Part shown: piece by piece, positions 27,510 to 37,368 of the stretch
How the letters are laid out: every line of letters begins with the position of its first letter
Numbering within the stretch: the stretch's first letter is position 1
From: Bifidobacteriaceae bacterium
GTDB lineage: Bacteria; Actinomycetota; Actinomycetes; Actinomycetales; WQXJ01
Reading direction: 5' to 3'
Assembly (NCBI GenBank): GCA_031270825.1
Contig: JAISXH010000044.1
Location: 29,444 to 93,443 of the forward strand
Length of the DNA stretch: 64,000 nucleotides
Notes under the pieces: generated by a model
The model's input: the letters and a program-made list of their open reading frames with translations, nothing else
Database searches by the model: none
What the model was told of the DNA's origin: nothing
Program-made: the position numbers and the translations under genes

Positions 27510-27515
27510 CCGCCC

Positions 27516-28256
27516 ATGACCTACAAGCTCGTGTTGCTCCGCCACGGCGAAAGCGAATGGAACGCCAAGAACCTTTTCACCGGCTGGGTCGATGTGCCGT
27601 TGTCGGAGAAGGGTCGGGCTGAGGCCATTCGCGGCGGCGAACTGTTGACCGGCGCAGGGGTGCTGCCAGATATCTTGCACACCTCTTTGTTGCGCCGCGC
27701 CATTGTGACCGCCGACCTGGCTCTCGACGCGGCTGACCGGCTGTGGATTCCTGTGAAGAGGTCCTGGCGGCTGAATGAGCGCCATTACGGGGCTCTTCAA
27801 GGCAAGAACAAGACCCAAATCAGGGACGAATACGGCGAAGAGCAGTTCATGGTCTGGCGGCGTTCATATGACACGCCGCCGCCGGAGATCGAGCTGGGAT
27901 CGCAGTATTCGCAGGACGGCGACCCTCGGTACGCCCAGGCCCCGTTGGTGCGGACGGAAGCTCTCAAGGACGTGCTCGCCCGGGCGCTGCCGTACTGGCA
28001 GGAGGCGATCGTGCCGGACCTGGTGGCCGGCAAGACGGTTCTGGTGGCCGCTCACGGCAACTCGCTGCGGGCGTTGGTCAAGCACTTGGACGGGATTTCG
28101 GACGCCGCCATCGCGGGGCTGAACATACCCACGGGCATTCCCCTGGTCTACGAACTAGACCAGGATCTCAAACCGGTGAAAGCCGGAGGCACTTATCTGG
28201 ACCCTAAGGCTGCCCAGGCCGCCATCGCGGCGGTCGCCAACCAAGGCAAAGCCTGA
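27516..28256 (+). CDS. gpmA: 2,3-bisphosphoglycerate-dependent phosphoglycerate mutase.
   Basis: ORF track. Motifs: [30 protein letters not shown]. Confidence 0.95.
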   Translation: MTYKLVLLRHGESEWNAKNLFTGWVDVPLSEKGRAEAIRGGELLTGAGVLPDILHTSLLRRAIVTADLALDAADRLWIPVKRSWRLNERHYGALQGKNKTQIRDEYGEEQFMVWRRSYDTPPPEIELGSQYSQDGDPRYAQAPLVRTEALKDVLARALPYWQEAIVPDLVAGKTVLVAAHGNSLRALVKHLDGISDAAIAGLNIPTGIPLVYELDQDLKPVKAGGTYLDPKAAQAAIAAVANQGKA

Positions 28257-28361
28257 ACTTCAGATTGGTCTTCTGGCCTGGGATTATGCCCCTCTCGTCG
28301 GCTCTGCGGGGAGGCCGGCGTGCTAAACTTGACTGCCGCGAGAGGGGATAAGACCAAGATT

Positions 28362-28883
28362 ATGGCATTTGCAGTTGGAGAGACCGTGGTTTATCCGCAC
28401 CACGGCGCCGCACTCATCGAGGAGATCAGCACCCGCACCATCAGGGGAGAGGAGAAGCTGTACCTCAAACTTCGAGTGACTCAGGGAGACTTGACGATCG
28501 AGGTTCCAGCCGACAACGTCGAGCTGGTCGGGGTGCGGGACGTGGTTGGGCGCGACGGCCTGGAGCGAGTTTTCGAAGTGCTTCAGGCCGATGTCGCAGA
28601 AGAGCCGACCAACTGGTCACGGCGTTACAAGGCGAACATCGAGAAGATCGCCTCGGGCGACGTGATCAAGGTCTCGGAGGTGGTGCGTGACCTGTCCCGC
28701 CGTGACTCCGACCGAGGGCTCAGCGCCGGCGAGAAGCGGATGCTGGCCCGCGCCCGGCAAATCTTGGTCTCGGAATTGGCGTTGGCAGAGAGCATCGACG
28801 AGGCGTCGGCCGAAGCCCGCCTGGACGAGATCCTGGCGGCTGCCATCGAGGGCGGCCTCGAGACCGCCGTCGACCCGGACTAG
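28362..28883 (+). CDS. carD: CarD-family RNA-polymerase-binding transcription regulator.
   Basis: ORF 28320..28883, with the start at ATG 28362. Sequence [28 protein letters not shown]. Confidence 0.9.
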   Translation: MAFAVGETVVYPHHGAALIEEISTRTIRGEEKLYLKLRVTQGDLTIEVPADNVELVGVRDVVGRDGLERVFEVLQADVAEEPTNWSRRYKANIEKIASGDVIKVSEVVRDLSRRDSDRGLSAGEKRMLARARQILVSELALAESIDEASAEARLDEILAAAIEGGLETAVDPD

Positions 28884-28923
28884 CGCCGACCGGCGCGGAT
28901 TAGCGCGGAAGGCGCCAAAGGCA

Positions 28924-29430
28924 GTGGTTCTCCGGATCGGACAGGGTTTCGACGCCCACCGTTTCGCTGAGGACTCGCCGGCCCCACTGCGCCTGGCGCT
29001 GCTGGAATGGCCTGGCGAGCCGGCTCTGGAAGGCCACTCGGATGGCGATGTGGCGGTCCACGCGCTGGTAGACGCGTTGGCGGCGGCGGCCGGGCTGGGC
29101 GACATCGGACGGCTCTTCGGCGCCGACCGTCCCGAATACGCCGGGGCGTCCTCGGCGGTGTTCCTCGAAGAGACTGTCTCACTGGTGCGCCAAGCTGGTT
29201 TCGTGATCGAGAACGCGACTATCCAGGTGATCGGAAACCATCCCCGGCTGGCGTCCCGGGGGGATGAGGCGGCGCACGGCATCGGGCGAATTGTGGGAGC
29301 GCCCGTGAGCGTGACGGCCACCTCGACCGACACAATGGGCTTCACCGGGCGCGGCGAAGGGCTGGCGGCGCTGGCTATTTGCCTGCTGAGGCGGGGCGCT
29401 GATCCGGCCTTAGAGCGCCAAGCCCAGTAA
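28924..29430 (+). CDS. ispF: 2-C-methyl-D-erythritol 2,4-cyclodiphosphate synthase.
   Basis: ORF 28687..29430, with the start moved to GTG 28924 (VVLRIGQGFDAHRF). Motifs: HSDGDVAVHAL, STDTMGFTGRGEG. Confidence 0.9.
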   Translation: MVLRIGQGFDAHRFAEDSPAPLRLALLEWPGEPALEGHSDGDVAVHALVDALAAAAGLGDIGRLFGADRPEYAGASSAVFLEETVSLVRQAGFVIENATIQVIGNHPRLASRGDEAAHGIGRIVGAPVSVTATSTDTMGFTGRGEGLAALAICLLRRGADPALERQAQ

Positions 29431-29440
29431 TCTGAACCCC

Positions 29441-30862
29441 ATGAGCCTTTCGCTGCATGATTCCGCCGTTGGCGCCGTCCGGCCCTTTGAGCCCCTCACT
29501 GCCGGCTATGTCGGCATCTATCAATGCGGCGCGACGGTCCAGGACGCGCCCCACATTGGACACTTGCGCCCGGCGGTGGTGTTCGACATCCTGAGGCTCT
29601 GGCTGGAGCGAGCGGGCAACCAGGTGCGGTTCATTCGCAATGTCACAGACATTGACGACAAGATCTTGAACAAAGCCGCCGCCGCCGGCGAACCGTGGTG
29701 GGCCTGGGCAGGGCACTGGGAGCGGGCCTTCACGGCCGCCTATGACGCGCTGGGCGTGCGCGCCCCAACTTACGAGCCCAGGGCGACTGGCGTGGTGCCG
29801 GACATGATCGCCTTCATCGACCGGTTGATCACCCGGGGACATGCTTACACCGGGCGTCCCGGCAACGTCTACTTCGACGTCCGCTCCTACCCCGACTACG
29901 GGTCGTTGACCCATCAGCGGCTGGAAGATCTGGTCTCAAGCGATGACGAGCCTGAGGCGGATGATAAGACAGACCCGCACGATTTCGCATTGTGGAAGGC
30001 CGTCAAGGCGACTGAGCCGGCCGATGCGTCCTGGGACACGCCCTGGGGCCGGGGCCGTCCCGGCTGGCACTTGGAGTGCTCAACCATGTCGCTGCGCTAT
30101 CTGGGCGAGACTTTCGACATCCACGGCGGCGGCATTGATCTGCGTTTCCCCCACCATGAGAACGAGCAGGCCCAGTCCCGCGCCGCCGGTTACGGCTTCG
30201 CCCGCTACTGGGTCCACAACGCCTTCATCACTCAGGCCGGAACCAAGATGTCGAAGTCGCTGGGCAACACTCTGTTGGCCTCCGAACTGCTGAAACAGGC
30301 TGAGCCGATTGTCATACGCTACGTGCTGACGGCCGCGCATTACCGCTCCACCCTGGAGTTCTCCGATTCCACCCTGGCCGAGGCCGCCGCCGCTTACGAG
30401 CGGATTATCGGGTTCATCCGGCGCGCCGGAGAACGGGTCGGATCGGGCCAGTCGGTCGCAGAGGTGGCGCTGCCTGGCCCCTTCGTCGACGCGATGAATG
30501 ACGACTTGGGGACCGCCATCGCCTTGGCCCAGGTCCACGAGGCGGTCCGGCGCGGCAACACCGCCCTGTCGGATTACCAGGACGAGGAGGCCTTGGCGGC
30601 GTTGCTAGATGTCAGGGCCATGCTGGCGGCGCTGGGAATGGACCCGTTGGCCGAGCCCTGGATCAATTCCTCGGACTCTTCGGCGAAGGCCGATTCGGCC
30701 TTGGCCGCCCTGGTGGAGAGCCAGTTGGAGGCCCGTTCGGCCGCTCGCGCCGGGCGCGACTTCGCAGCTGCGGACGCGATCCGGGACCGCCTGGCGGCCG
30801 CCGGGATCCAGGTCGAAGACTCTCCCGCCGGTCCGCGTTGGGAGCTGGCCTCCGGGAGTTGA
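29441..30862 (+). CDS. cysS: Cysteine--tRNA ligase.
   Basis: ORF track. HIGH-type motif APHIGHLR; KMSKS motif TKMSKSLGN. Confidence 0.95.
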   Translation: MSLSLHDSAVGAVRPFEPLTAGYVGIYQCGATVQDAPHIGHLRPAVVFDILRLWLERAGNQVRFIRNVTDIDDKILNKAAAAGEPWWAWAGHWERAFTAAYDALGVRAPTYEPRATGVVPDMIAFIDRLITRGHAYTGRPGNVYFDVRSYPDYGSLTHQRLEDLVSSDDEPEADDKTDPHDFALWKAVKATEPADASWDTPWGRGRPGWHLECSTMSLRYLGETFDIHGGGIDLRFPHHENEQAQSRAAGYGFARYWVHNAFITQAGTKMSKSLGNTLLASELLKQAEPIVIRYVLTAAHYRSTLEFSDSTLAEAAAAYERIIGFIRRAGERVGSGQSVAEVALPGPFVDAMNDDLGTAIALAQVHEAVRRGNTALSDYQDEEALAALLDVRAMLAALGMDPLAEPWINSSDSSAKADSALAALVESQLEARSAARAGRDFAAADAIRDRLAAAGIQVEDSPAGPRWELASGS

Positions 30863-30931
30863 CGCCCGGAGTTCCGCAAGACTGGGCCCGTCGGGCCGGC
30901 GCAGGGCCGTCGGCGCAGCTAGCCTGGCTCT

Positions 30932-31957
30932 ATGTTGCGTGATCTGCCGCTCGCTGACCTGCGGTCCTACCAGTCCGCTGGGCCCGAGCCCGGCGACTTC
31001 GACGCCTTTTGGGAAGTGGCTCTGCACGAGTCCCGAGCCGTTGGCGCGCGCCCGGTCCTTCAGCGCCTGGAGTTGGGGTCCCAAGGTGTGGAAATCTACG
31101 ACCTGACCTTCTCCGGTTTCAGCGGCGAGCCGGTGAAAGGCTGGTTGCGGGTGCCTGCGGCGGGTCCGGGACGCGGCCCGGGACGGGGTTCGGATTCGGA
31201 TTCGAGTCTCGGGGCGCCCGATGCCGTCCGCCCACCGGCCTGCATCGTCCAGTTCGGTGGTTATGGCGGCGGGCGTGGCTGGCCGCTTGAGGACCTGCAT
31301 TGGCCGGCGCTCGGGTTCGCTCAATTGCGGATGGACACGCGGGGACAGGGGGCCACTTGGGCGCCCGGCGACACCGCCGACCCGCACGGATCCGGGCCGA
31401 TGACCCCGGGTTTCATGACCAAAGGGGTGATGGCGCCGGAGACCTACTACTACGCCCGCCTGTTCACCGACGCCGCCCGGGCGGTCGACGCCGCCAGCGA
31501 GCTAGAGGTGGTTGACGCCACCCGCCTGGGCGTGTTCGGTCATTCGCAAGGAGGCGGTTGCGCCCTGGCGGCCGCCGCGCTGGCGCCTGACTTGGTCCGG
31601 GCCGCCGCGGTGCTGAGCCCGTTCATGGTGGACATCATGCGCGGGGTGGATGCCACCGATCAGGCGCCGTATCAAGAGATAGCCACCTACCTGGCGGCGC
31701 GTCCGGCCGATGAGTCTTCGGTCCGTCGCACCTTGTCCTATGTCGACGGCGTCAATTTCGCTCGCCGCTGCCGGGCGCCGGCCCACTTCGCTGTTGGCTT
31801 GGCGGATGACATCACCCCGGCCTCGACCGTGTTTGGCGCCTACAACGCCTACGCGGGCCGCAAAGACATCCAGGTCTGGCCGTTCGCCGGCCACGAAGGC
31901 GGCGCCAGCGAGGACTTGGTCCAGTCGGCCGAATTCTTCCGCCAGCATCTGAGCTGA
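30932..31957 (+). CDS. Acetylxylan esterase / cephalosporin-C deacetylase family (CE7).
   Basis: ORF track. Motifs: MDTRGQG, nucleophile elbow GHSQGG, C-terminal AGHEGG. There is a Gly/Arg/Ser-rich insertion near residue 75. Confidence 0.8.
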   Translation: MLRDLPLADLRSYQSAGPEPGDFDAFWEVALHESRAVGARPVLQRLELGSQGVEIYDLTFSGFSGEPVKGWLRVPAAGPGRGPGRGSDSDSSLGAPDAVRPPACIVQFGGYGGGRGWPLEDLHWPALGFAQLRMDTRGQGATWAPGDTADPHGSGPMTPGFMTKGVMAPETYYYARLFTDAARAVDAASELEVVDATRLGVFGHSQGGGCALAAAALAPDLVRAAAVLSPFMVDIMRGVDATDQAPYQEIATYLAARPADESSVRRTLSYVDGVNFARRCRAPAHFAVGLADDITPASTVFGAYNAYAGRKDIQVWPFAGHEGGASEDLVQSAEFFRQHLS

Positions 31958-32140
31958 CGGCCCGTCGCCGCCACCCTCACCAGCGGCGGTCGGCAGGCCG
32001 GTGGTCATCCCGGCGCCTCCCGATCCCCCGGCCTGCCGGTGGCGGCGGTTCTGACTGGGACGGTCCGGGTATTCGTGAGCGGCGACCCCGACCCGTCCAC
32101 TTGGTCCGCGCCAGGGGCGGGCCAAGTAGGCTTGGTGCCC

Positions 32141-33160
32141 ATGCCTGGGAACTCGAAGCGGAAGGGGGCCGTGCGCAAGCCCGGCTCGAAGAAGGGACCG
32201 CTGGTCGGTTCGGGCGGGCGCGGACGCAAGGCCTTGAAGGGCCGGGGCCCCACTCCGAAGGCCGTTGACCGGCCCTATCACCCCGCCGCCAAACGCAAAG
32301 CCGCCCAGGAGCAGGCCGCCCAGTCGCGCCCGCGATCGGCGGCCAAGGCCAGCTCAGGCGCCAAGGCGGGCACAGCCGCCAGAACCGCCAAAGGAGCCGG
32401 CGATTATGTGGCCGGTCGCAACGCCGTCCTCGAAGCCCTGCGCGGCGGAGTCCCGGCGGTTCGCCTGGAGATCGCCACCGGGATCGATTCCGATGACCGC
32501 GTCCGCGAAGCGATGAAGCTGGCCGCCGACGCGGCAGTGCCGGTGGGGCAGGCTTCGAAGTTGGAGCTGGATCAAAGGACGGGAGGGGCGAACCATCAGG
32601 GTGTGGCGCTCAAGGCCGCCCCCTATGAGTACAAGACGCCGGCCGACCTGTTGCGTCTGGCCGAGGACGCCGCCCAAACGCCCTTGATCGTGGCTCTGGA
32701 TCAGGTCACCGATCCGCACAACCTGGGCGCGGTCCTGCGCTCGGCCGCCGCCTTCGGCGCCCATGGTGTGGTGATCCCCACTCGCCGCTCCGCCCAGATG
32801 GGGCCGACGGCTTGGAAGGTGTCGGCCGGAGCGGCCGCGCGGGTGCCCGTGGCGAAAGCTCCCAATCTGAACAGAGCCCTCCAGGAGTACAAACAGGCCG
32901 GTTTGTTCGTGGTCGGGTTAGATGCCGAAGGGGCCGCCGATGCCGCCGACCTCGATTTGGCCGCGGGTCCGGTTGTGTTGGTGGTGGGCTCGGAGGGCAA
33001 GGGACTCGCGCGCCTGACCAGACAGACCTGCGACCTGACCGTCTCCATACCGATGGACGGCGCGACAGAGTCATTGAACGCGGCGGTGGCGGCCGGCATC
33101 GTGCTCTACGAAGTGGCGAAACAACGCCGCTCGCCCAACCAGCGCAACTTCAGGCCGTGA
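32141..33160 (+). CDS. rlmB: 23S rRNA (guanosine-2'-O)-methyltransferase, SpoU/TrmH family (RlmB-like, Rv3579c position).
   Basis: ORF 32039..33160, with the start at ATG 32141 (basic N-terminus MPGNSKRKGAVRKPGSKKG). Motifs: DPHNLGAVLRSAAAFG, ESLNAAVAAGIVLYE. Confidence 0.8.
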   Translation: MPGNSKRKGAVRKPGSKKGPLVGSGGRGRKALKGRGPTPKAVDRPYHPAAKRKAAQEQAAQSRPRSAAKASSGAKAGTAARTAKGAGDYVAGRNAVLEALRGGVPAVRLEIATGIDSDDRVREAMKLAADAAVPVGQASKLELDQRTGGANHQGVALKAAPYEYKTPADLLRLAEDAAQTPLIVALDQVTDPHNLGAVLRSAAAFGAHGVVIPTRRSAQMGPTAWKVSAGAAARVPVAKAPNLNRALQEYKQAGLFVVGLDAEGAADAADLDLAAGPVVLVVGSEGKGLARLTRQTCDLTVSIPMDGATESLNAAVAAGIVLYEVAKQRRSPNQRNFRP

Positions 33161-33205
33161 CCGAGCGGCCGGGCTGGTCTGCTTGATCCGGGCGGGGCTT
33201 TCAGA

Positions 33206-34462
33206 TCAGGACATCGGCACGTCGTCGATGGCGGGCAGTTGGATGGTGTCGGCCAAGATGAGCTCGGATTCGTCGCGGCGGTGCGCCAAGACGTTGTCGA
33301 TGTAGCTGGCCACCGCTTCATCAAGGGGCACATAGCGGGACTCGCGCTGCGACATGAACCAGCGGTGCTCCAGGATCTCGTGGTAGATCTGCGGCAGCTC
33401 GAGCTTGCCGCGCAATTCGCGCGGAACCGCGCGCACGGCCGGCTCGAAAACATGGGTCAGCCAATCGTGGGCCACGAAGTCTTCGTCGGCATCGGTCTGA
33501 TCCGAGTGAACGCGGTAGGTGTCAAGGTCGTTGAGCAGGCGGCGGGCCTGATTCTCTTGCACGTCTAGCCCAGTCAAACGGAAGAGACGGCGCGAATGGT
33601 GGCCGGCGTCCACCACCTGCGGGCGGATATGCAGGGAGGTGCCGTCCGGGTCGGAGGCCATTGACATCTCGGCGACGTCGAAGCCGAGGTCGTTCAGCCG
33701 GTTGATGCGGTCCTGGAGGCGCCAGCGCGCGTCGGTGGAGATAGTCTCTTCCTCGGTCAGGGCGAGCCAGAGCTGATCGTAACGTTCGACCAAGAAGTCG
33801 CCGATCGCTATCGGGTCGAGTTCGTCCTCCAACATCTCGCCGGCCTCCAGGTCCATCAACTCGCCAATCACATTGGTGCGGGCCAAGTCGATGTCATAGG
33901 CCCGCTGGCCGTCGGTGAGCTGTTCGTAGAGGGCGCCGGTCTCGGCGTCGACCAGGTAGGCGGAGAATTCCTTGGCGTCCCGACGAAACAAGGTGTTGGA
34001 CAAAGACACGTCTCCCCAATAGAAGCCGAGCAGGTGCAATCGCACTATCAGCAGGGCCAGAGCGTCCAGCAGACGGGTCGCCATGTCGGGGCGCAGTCGG
34101 TAGGAGAACAATGCCCGGTACGGCAGTGAGAACTGCAGGTGCTGGGTCAATAGGGCGGCGTCAAGCGGATCGCCCGCAGCCGTTCGCCGCCCGCCCACCA
34201 CCGCGACCGGGGCCACCGACGGAACGTCCAGGCTGGCCAACTCTTTCAGCAGGCCGTATTCGCGGGCGGCGGCGTAGGAAGCGATTTCTTTGACCGCCAG
34301 CACTCTTCCCGACAGCTTGACGAACCGGACGACGTGGCGGGAGATGCCGCGCGGCAGGGCCAGCACCACGTCATCGGGCCACTCTTCTAGCGGTAGCTGC
34401 CAGGGCAGGTCGAACAGGGCCGAATCCGGGGTGACGGCCGTGATTGTCAGGGCTTGAGCCAT
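33206..34462 (-). CDS. Conserved actinobacterial protein with a kinase-like N-terminal half and a DUF4032-like C-terminal half.
   Basis: ORF track, 418 aa. The segment YWGDVSLSNTLFRRDAKEFSAYLVDAETG resembles a Kdo/RIO-like lipid/protein-kinase catalytic loop. The family name is from memory. Confidence 0.65.
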   Translation of the reverse strand: MAQALTITAVTPDSALFDLPWQLPLEEWPDDVVLALPRGISRHVVRFVKLSGRVLAVKEIASYAAAREYGLLKELASLDVPSVAPVAVVGGRRTAAGDPLDAALLTQHLQFSLPYRALFSYRLRPDMATRLLDALALLIVRLHLLGFYWGDVSLSNTLFRRDAKEFSAYLVDAETGALYEQLTDGQRAYDIDLARTNVIGELMDLEAGEMLEDELDPIAIGDFLVERYDQLWLALTEEETISTDARWRLQDRINRLNDLGFDVAEMSMASDPDGTSLHIRPQVVDAGHHSRRLFRLTGLDVQENQARRLLNDLDTYRVHSDQTDADEDFVAHDWLTHVFEPAVRAVPRELRGKLELPQIYHEILEHRWFMSQRESRYVPLDEAVASYIDNVLAHRRDESELILADTIQLPAIDDVPMS

Positions 34463-34614
34463 GCCTGTGTGCTCCCATCTGCCTGGCGACGGCGAAACGA
34501 AGGGCTCAATTGCTCATGGTAGGGGAAGGTCGGGGGCGGGCGTCGACCGCAGTGGGCGGCTGGGCTGGTGCTGGAAGGCGACTGGACGGCATCGGGCGCC
34601 GGAAATGCGCCGGT

Positions 34615-34665
34615 GTCTGTGACCGGTCGAAGTCTGTGACTGGCCGAAGTCTGTGACTAGCGAAG
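34615..34665. repeat. Three tandem 17-nt direct repeats GTCTGTGAC-N3-(C/G)-CGAA.
   Basis: gtctgtgaccggtcgaa / gtctgtgactggccgaa / gtctgtgactagcgaag, read directly. They lie about 150-200 nt upstream of the DUF4032-like gene start (34462). Confidence 0.85.
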
Positions 34666-34676
34666 GTCGAGAACCG

Positions 34677-34755
34677 CCGGACCGCCGTCTCGAAGCGCGC
34701 CTGACGACGCACTCCCGGACGGCGGTCCGGGGTACTGCTCGCCTCTTCGGCGAGC
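34677..34755 (-). terminator. Two hairpins downstream of msiK: GCTCGCC-tcttc-GGCGAGC (34737..34755) and a 13-bp stem CCGGACCGCCGTC / GACGGCGGTCCGG (34677..34730).
   Basis: Perfect inverted repeats read directly, beginning 25 nt after the msiK stop. No U-tract. Confidence 0.45.
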
Positions 34756-34779
34756 TGGCCGAATGCCTACCGACTCACT

Positions 34780-35895
34780 TCATTCGGGCAGGCGCTCGCC
34801 GGTGGCCGAGGAGAAATTGTGTTGCTCGCCCGCCCGGATGGCGAAATAAACCGTCTCGCCCTTGCGTGGCACGGATCGAGGGTCGACCCGGGCGATCAGC
34901 GATCCGCCGGTGAGTGTGGTGGTCTCCGGGTCGGAACCCTTCAGCGAGCCGTAGGCGTAGGCGTCCGAGCCGAGTTCTTCGACGATGTCGATCTCGACGG
35001 GGATGGCGCCGGGCGTCTCGGCGGTGGCGGGTTCCAGGTTCTCCGGCCTGAAACCGACCGTCAGTTGGCCCTCGTCCGCGGGGGTGATCGCGGCCAAGAC
35101 CTCGCGGCTGAGCGGCACTAGCGCCTCGCCGATGGCGACCGCGTCGCCCCTGATCGGGAAGGTGCCGATGTTCATGGCCGGAGAGCCGATGAAGGTGGCC
35201 ACGAAAGCGTTCGACGGCTTGTCGTAGAGCACCAATGGCGAACCGACCTGCTGAAGCAGCCCGTCCTTGAGGACCGCGATGCGGTCGCCCATGGTCAGGG
35301 CCTCAGTTTGGTCGTGGGTGACGTAGACGGTGGTGACCCCGAGCCGGCGCTGCAGCGAGGCGATCTGGGTGCGGGTTGACACGCGGAGCTTGGCGTCCAG
35401 GTTGGACAGCGGCTCGTCCATCAGGAACACGCGCGGTTGACGGACAATGGCGCGGCCCATGGCCACGCGCTGGCGCTGGCCGCCAGACAGGGCCTTCGGC
35501 TTGCGGGCCAAGTATTCCTGCAAATCCAGGATCTTGGCGGCTTCTTCGACGCGCTCGCGAATCTGGGCTTTTGGCATGCCCGCGATCTTCAGCGCGAAGC
35601 CCATGTTGTCCGCGACGGTCATGTGCGGGTAGAGGGCGTAATTCTGGAACACCATGGCGATGTCGCGATCTTTCGGCTGGACGTCGGTGACGTCACGGTC
35701 GCCGATCAGGATGCGGCCGTCGTTGACTTCTTCGAGTCCGGCCAGCATGCGCAGCGATGTCGACTTGCCGCAGCCGGATGGTCCGACTAGGACCAGGAAC
35801 TCGCCGTCTTCGATGTGAAGGTCGAGGTGGTCGACTGCGGGCTTGGTACTCCCAGGGTAGATACGGGTGGCCCCGTCAAAGGTCACAGTTGCCAT
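34780..35895 (-). CDS. msiK: Sugar ABC transporter ATP-binding protein (MsiK/UgpC/MalK type).
   Basis: ORF 34780..35913, with the start at ATG 35895 (MATVTFDG; GAAGGGAAG upstream). Walker A GPSGCGKST, signature LSGGQRQR, and a MalK-type C-terminal regulatory domain. Confidence 0.85.
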   Translation of the reverse strand: MATVTFDGATRIYPGSTKPAVDHLDLHIEDGEFLVLVGPSGCGKSTSLRMLAGLEEVNDGRILIGDRDVTDVQPKDRDIAMVFQNYALYPHMTVADNMGFALKIAGMPKAQIRERVEEAAKILDLQEYLARKPKALSGGQRQRVAMGRAIVRQPRVFLMDEPLSNLDAKLRVSTRTQIASLQRRLGVTTVYVTHDQTEALTMGDRIAVLKDGLLQQVGSPLVLYDKPSNAFVATFIGSPAMNIGTFPIRGDAVAIGEALVPLSREVLAAITPADEGQLTVGFRPENLEPATAETPGAIPVEIDIVEELGSDAYAYGSLKGSDPETTTLTGGSLIARVDPRSVPRKGETVYFAIRAGEQHNFSSATGERLPE

Positions 35896-36060
35896 TGCAA
35901 TACTTCCCTTCACCGGCAGGTACGTGCCGGACGATCCGTTGTGAAAGGCGCCGCCCGAACCTTGCCTAGCCCGGTTGGCACATGCTCATTCGTTGAACAC
36001 GCCTCCTATAGTGCCACATCGAATTGCCCAAAACGTGTGCGTTCAGTCCGTCTCGCGCCT
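35896..36060 (-). promoter_or_regulatory. msiK 5' leader and promoter region; candidate location of the actinobacterial msiK RNA motif.
   Basis: Hairpin CCGGCA-N6-TGCCGG (35913..35930) abuts the SD. A second stem is possible (GTGGCAC..GTGCCA, about 35975..36016). The msiK motif is known to lie in msiK 5' UTRs, but I cannot recall its consensus to confirm a match. Confidence 0.3.
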
Positions 36061-36399
36061 TGGACCAGCCAAAACGCGGGATTGGGGTAGCAATACCCAC
36101 CTAAACGGAGGCCGGGTTTCGTTTTCAGCGGACTTAGTCGGGGGCGTGTGGTAAGGCGAAAAGCCGGTGGACGATGCCGTCCGGCCGGGTTCGCGGGATC
36201 GCCTTGGCGTCTGCCCGCGGCTCCCTTAGAGGCCCAGCCGGATGGGGCCCTTCGACGCGACAATGGTTTCATGGCACCCGGAGCGTTCCCGAATGAGACC
36301 CCAGCTTCGTCTGATCATCTGTCCGGGCATCCGCCGGAGCATCCGGCCGCGCTTGTCTTGGCCGGCTCGGGAGATGCGGCCGCCGGCGATCCGGGTCCA

Positions 36400-37368
36400 A
36401 TGGAGAGCGCGCCGGCCAGCGGACGCCAGTTCCTGATCGAGGCCGGCCCTTACCGGGCCGCCGTCGCTTCGGTGGGGGCCTCGCTGCGGGAATTGCGTCA
36501 CCAGGGCCGTCACTTAGTCGTGCCTTACGCGGCTGACGAAATCAGGCCGCTGTATCGCGGAGCGGTGTTGGCGCCATGGCCGAACAGGGTGATCGACGGC
36601 CGCTACCGGCTGGCGTCCGGGCAGACCGGTCCGGCCGGTGATCGCGTGGAGCAGCTCGCGCTCAGCGAACCAGGCCGCGGCCATGCCCTGCACGGCTTGG
36701 CCGGATGGCTCGACTTCACAGTGGTCGAGCGCCGCTCGGACATGGTTTCGCTGTCGCAGGTGATCGAGCCGCAGGCGGGCTACCCATTTCGGATCGCCCT
36801 GCGGGTGACCTACCGGCTCGACGCCGCCGCCGGATTGGCTTGGGAGGTCGCCGCCCAGAACATTGGACCAGGGCGCTTCGGCGCGGCGCCCTATGGGGCA
36901 GGGCCCCATCCCTACCTGGTGGCCGGGCCGTCGCCTTTGGATGAGTGGCGTCTGACCTTGCCGGCCCGCAGTTTCATCGCCGTCGAGGGCGATCGGATGT
37001 TGCCGGCCGGTCTGCGCGATGTGGCCGGGGGCGAGTTCGACTTCACTTCGGGAAGTCGTCTGGGCCCGGTCCGAATCGACCACGCCTTCGGCAATGTGCT
37101 CTGGGACGGCGCCCACCGGGCCACGGCCCTCCTCGAAGACCCATCCGGCCTTGGCGTGGCCCTGACCTGGGACCAGGCCTCCCCCTGGGTCCAGGTCCAC
37201 ACCGCCGACCGACCGGAACCAGAATTCAACCGCCTGGGCCTGGCGCTCGAACCGATGACCTGCCCCCCCGACGCCTTCAACACCGGCGCCGACCTGATCT
37301 GCCTGCCCCCCGGCGCCTCCCACACCGTCTCCTGGCGAATCCGCGCCCAATCAGCAGGGGGACGGTGA
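36400..37368 (+). CDS. Aldose 1-epimerase family protein.
   Basis: ORF 36148..37368, with the start moved to ATG 36400 (MESAPASGRQFLIEAGPYRAAVASVGASLREL). ATG 36271 is an alternative. Motifs: LAPWPNRV, HGL..W. Confidence 0.8.
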   Translation: MESAPASGRQFLIEAGPYRAAVASVGASLRELRHQGRHLVVPYAADEIRPLYRGAVLAPWPNRVIDGRYRLASGQTGPAGDRVEQLALSEPGRGHALHGLAGWLDFTVVERRSDMVSLSQVIEPQAGYPFRIALRVTYRLDAAAGLAWEVAAQNIGPGRFGAAPYGAGPHPYLVAGPSPLDEWRLTLPARSFIAVEGDRMLPAGLRDVAGGEFDFTSGSRLGPVRIDHAFGNVLWDGAHRATALLEDPSGLGVALTWDQASPWVQVHTADRPEPEFNRLGLALEPMTCPPDAFNTGADLICLPPGASHTVSWRIRAQSAGGR

